Origin: Tubulanus polymorphus
Lineage: Eukaryota; Animalia; Nemertea
Reading direction: 5' to 3'
DNA: 64,000 nt
NCBI RefSeq assembly: GCF_964204645.1
Contig: NC_134034.1
Coordinates: 5,120,914-5,184,913 of the forward strand
In this document: piece by piece, positions 63,881-64,000 of the stretch
Position numbering within the stretch: the stretch's first letter is position 1
Layout: every line of letters begins with the position of its first letter
Notes under the pieces: generated by a model
Databases searched by the model: none
What the model was told of the DNA's origin: nothing
The model's input: only the letters and a program-made list of their open reading frames with translations
Translations under genes and position numbers: made by a program

Positions 63881-64000
63881 ATTTGATAATTCTGTAAAAT
63901 CGAAAACTATTCATTATTGGTTATAATAAAGGCTTAAGAAATATACCTTATTTTGTTATTATGTTTATAATAAAGGCTTAAGAAATATTTAAAAATATTT

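Noticed and set aside
55100-64000. Second TIR of the EnSpm element
   Set aside because: No TGCTACCTGGG-like end was found by eye; it is either lost or outside the window.

Overview
Eukaryotic, AT-rich and transposon-dense DNA. It is probably from a marine invertebrate, inferred from the repeat families and GT-AG introns. The main host gene is DLEC1 on the minus strand (10245-41767), with 22 phase-consistent coding exons traced by hand (about 1700 aa). Its intron 18 holds a nest: a HINE-type repeat, then a deleted Gypsy LTR element, then a near-complete 6.1-kb DIRS1-type tyrosine-recombinase retrotransposon with ITRs, ICR, gag, RT-RNaseH-methyltransferase-like and YR. Left of DLEC1 lie an unidentified intronless ORF (7539-8633) and a TIR-bounded element carrying a 50-bp satellite. 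Right of it lie an EnSpm/CACTA-type element (frameshifted transposase plus an intact 8-exon DUF4806-like accessory gene), HINE repeats, a CR1/L2-type LINE split by a 6-bp-TSD hAT-like MITE, an intron-containing pogo transposase pseudogene, a minimal hammerhead ribozyme and several MITEs. I found no prokaryotic system and no CRISPR array. The best leads are candidate splice-controlled expression in the DIRS element, a TIR family that swaps satellite cassettes, and the orphan ORF. All family assignments come from motif recognition, not database searches.
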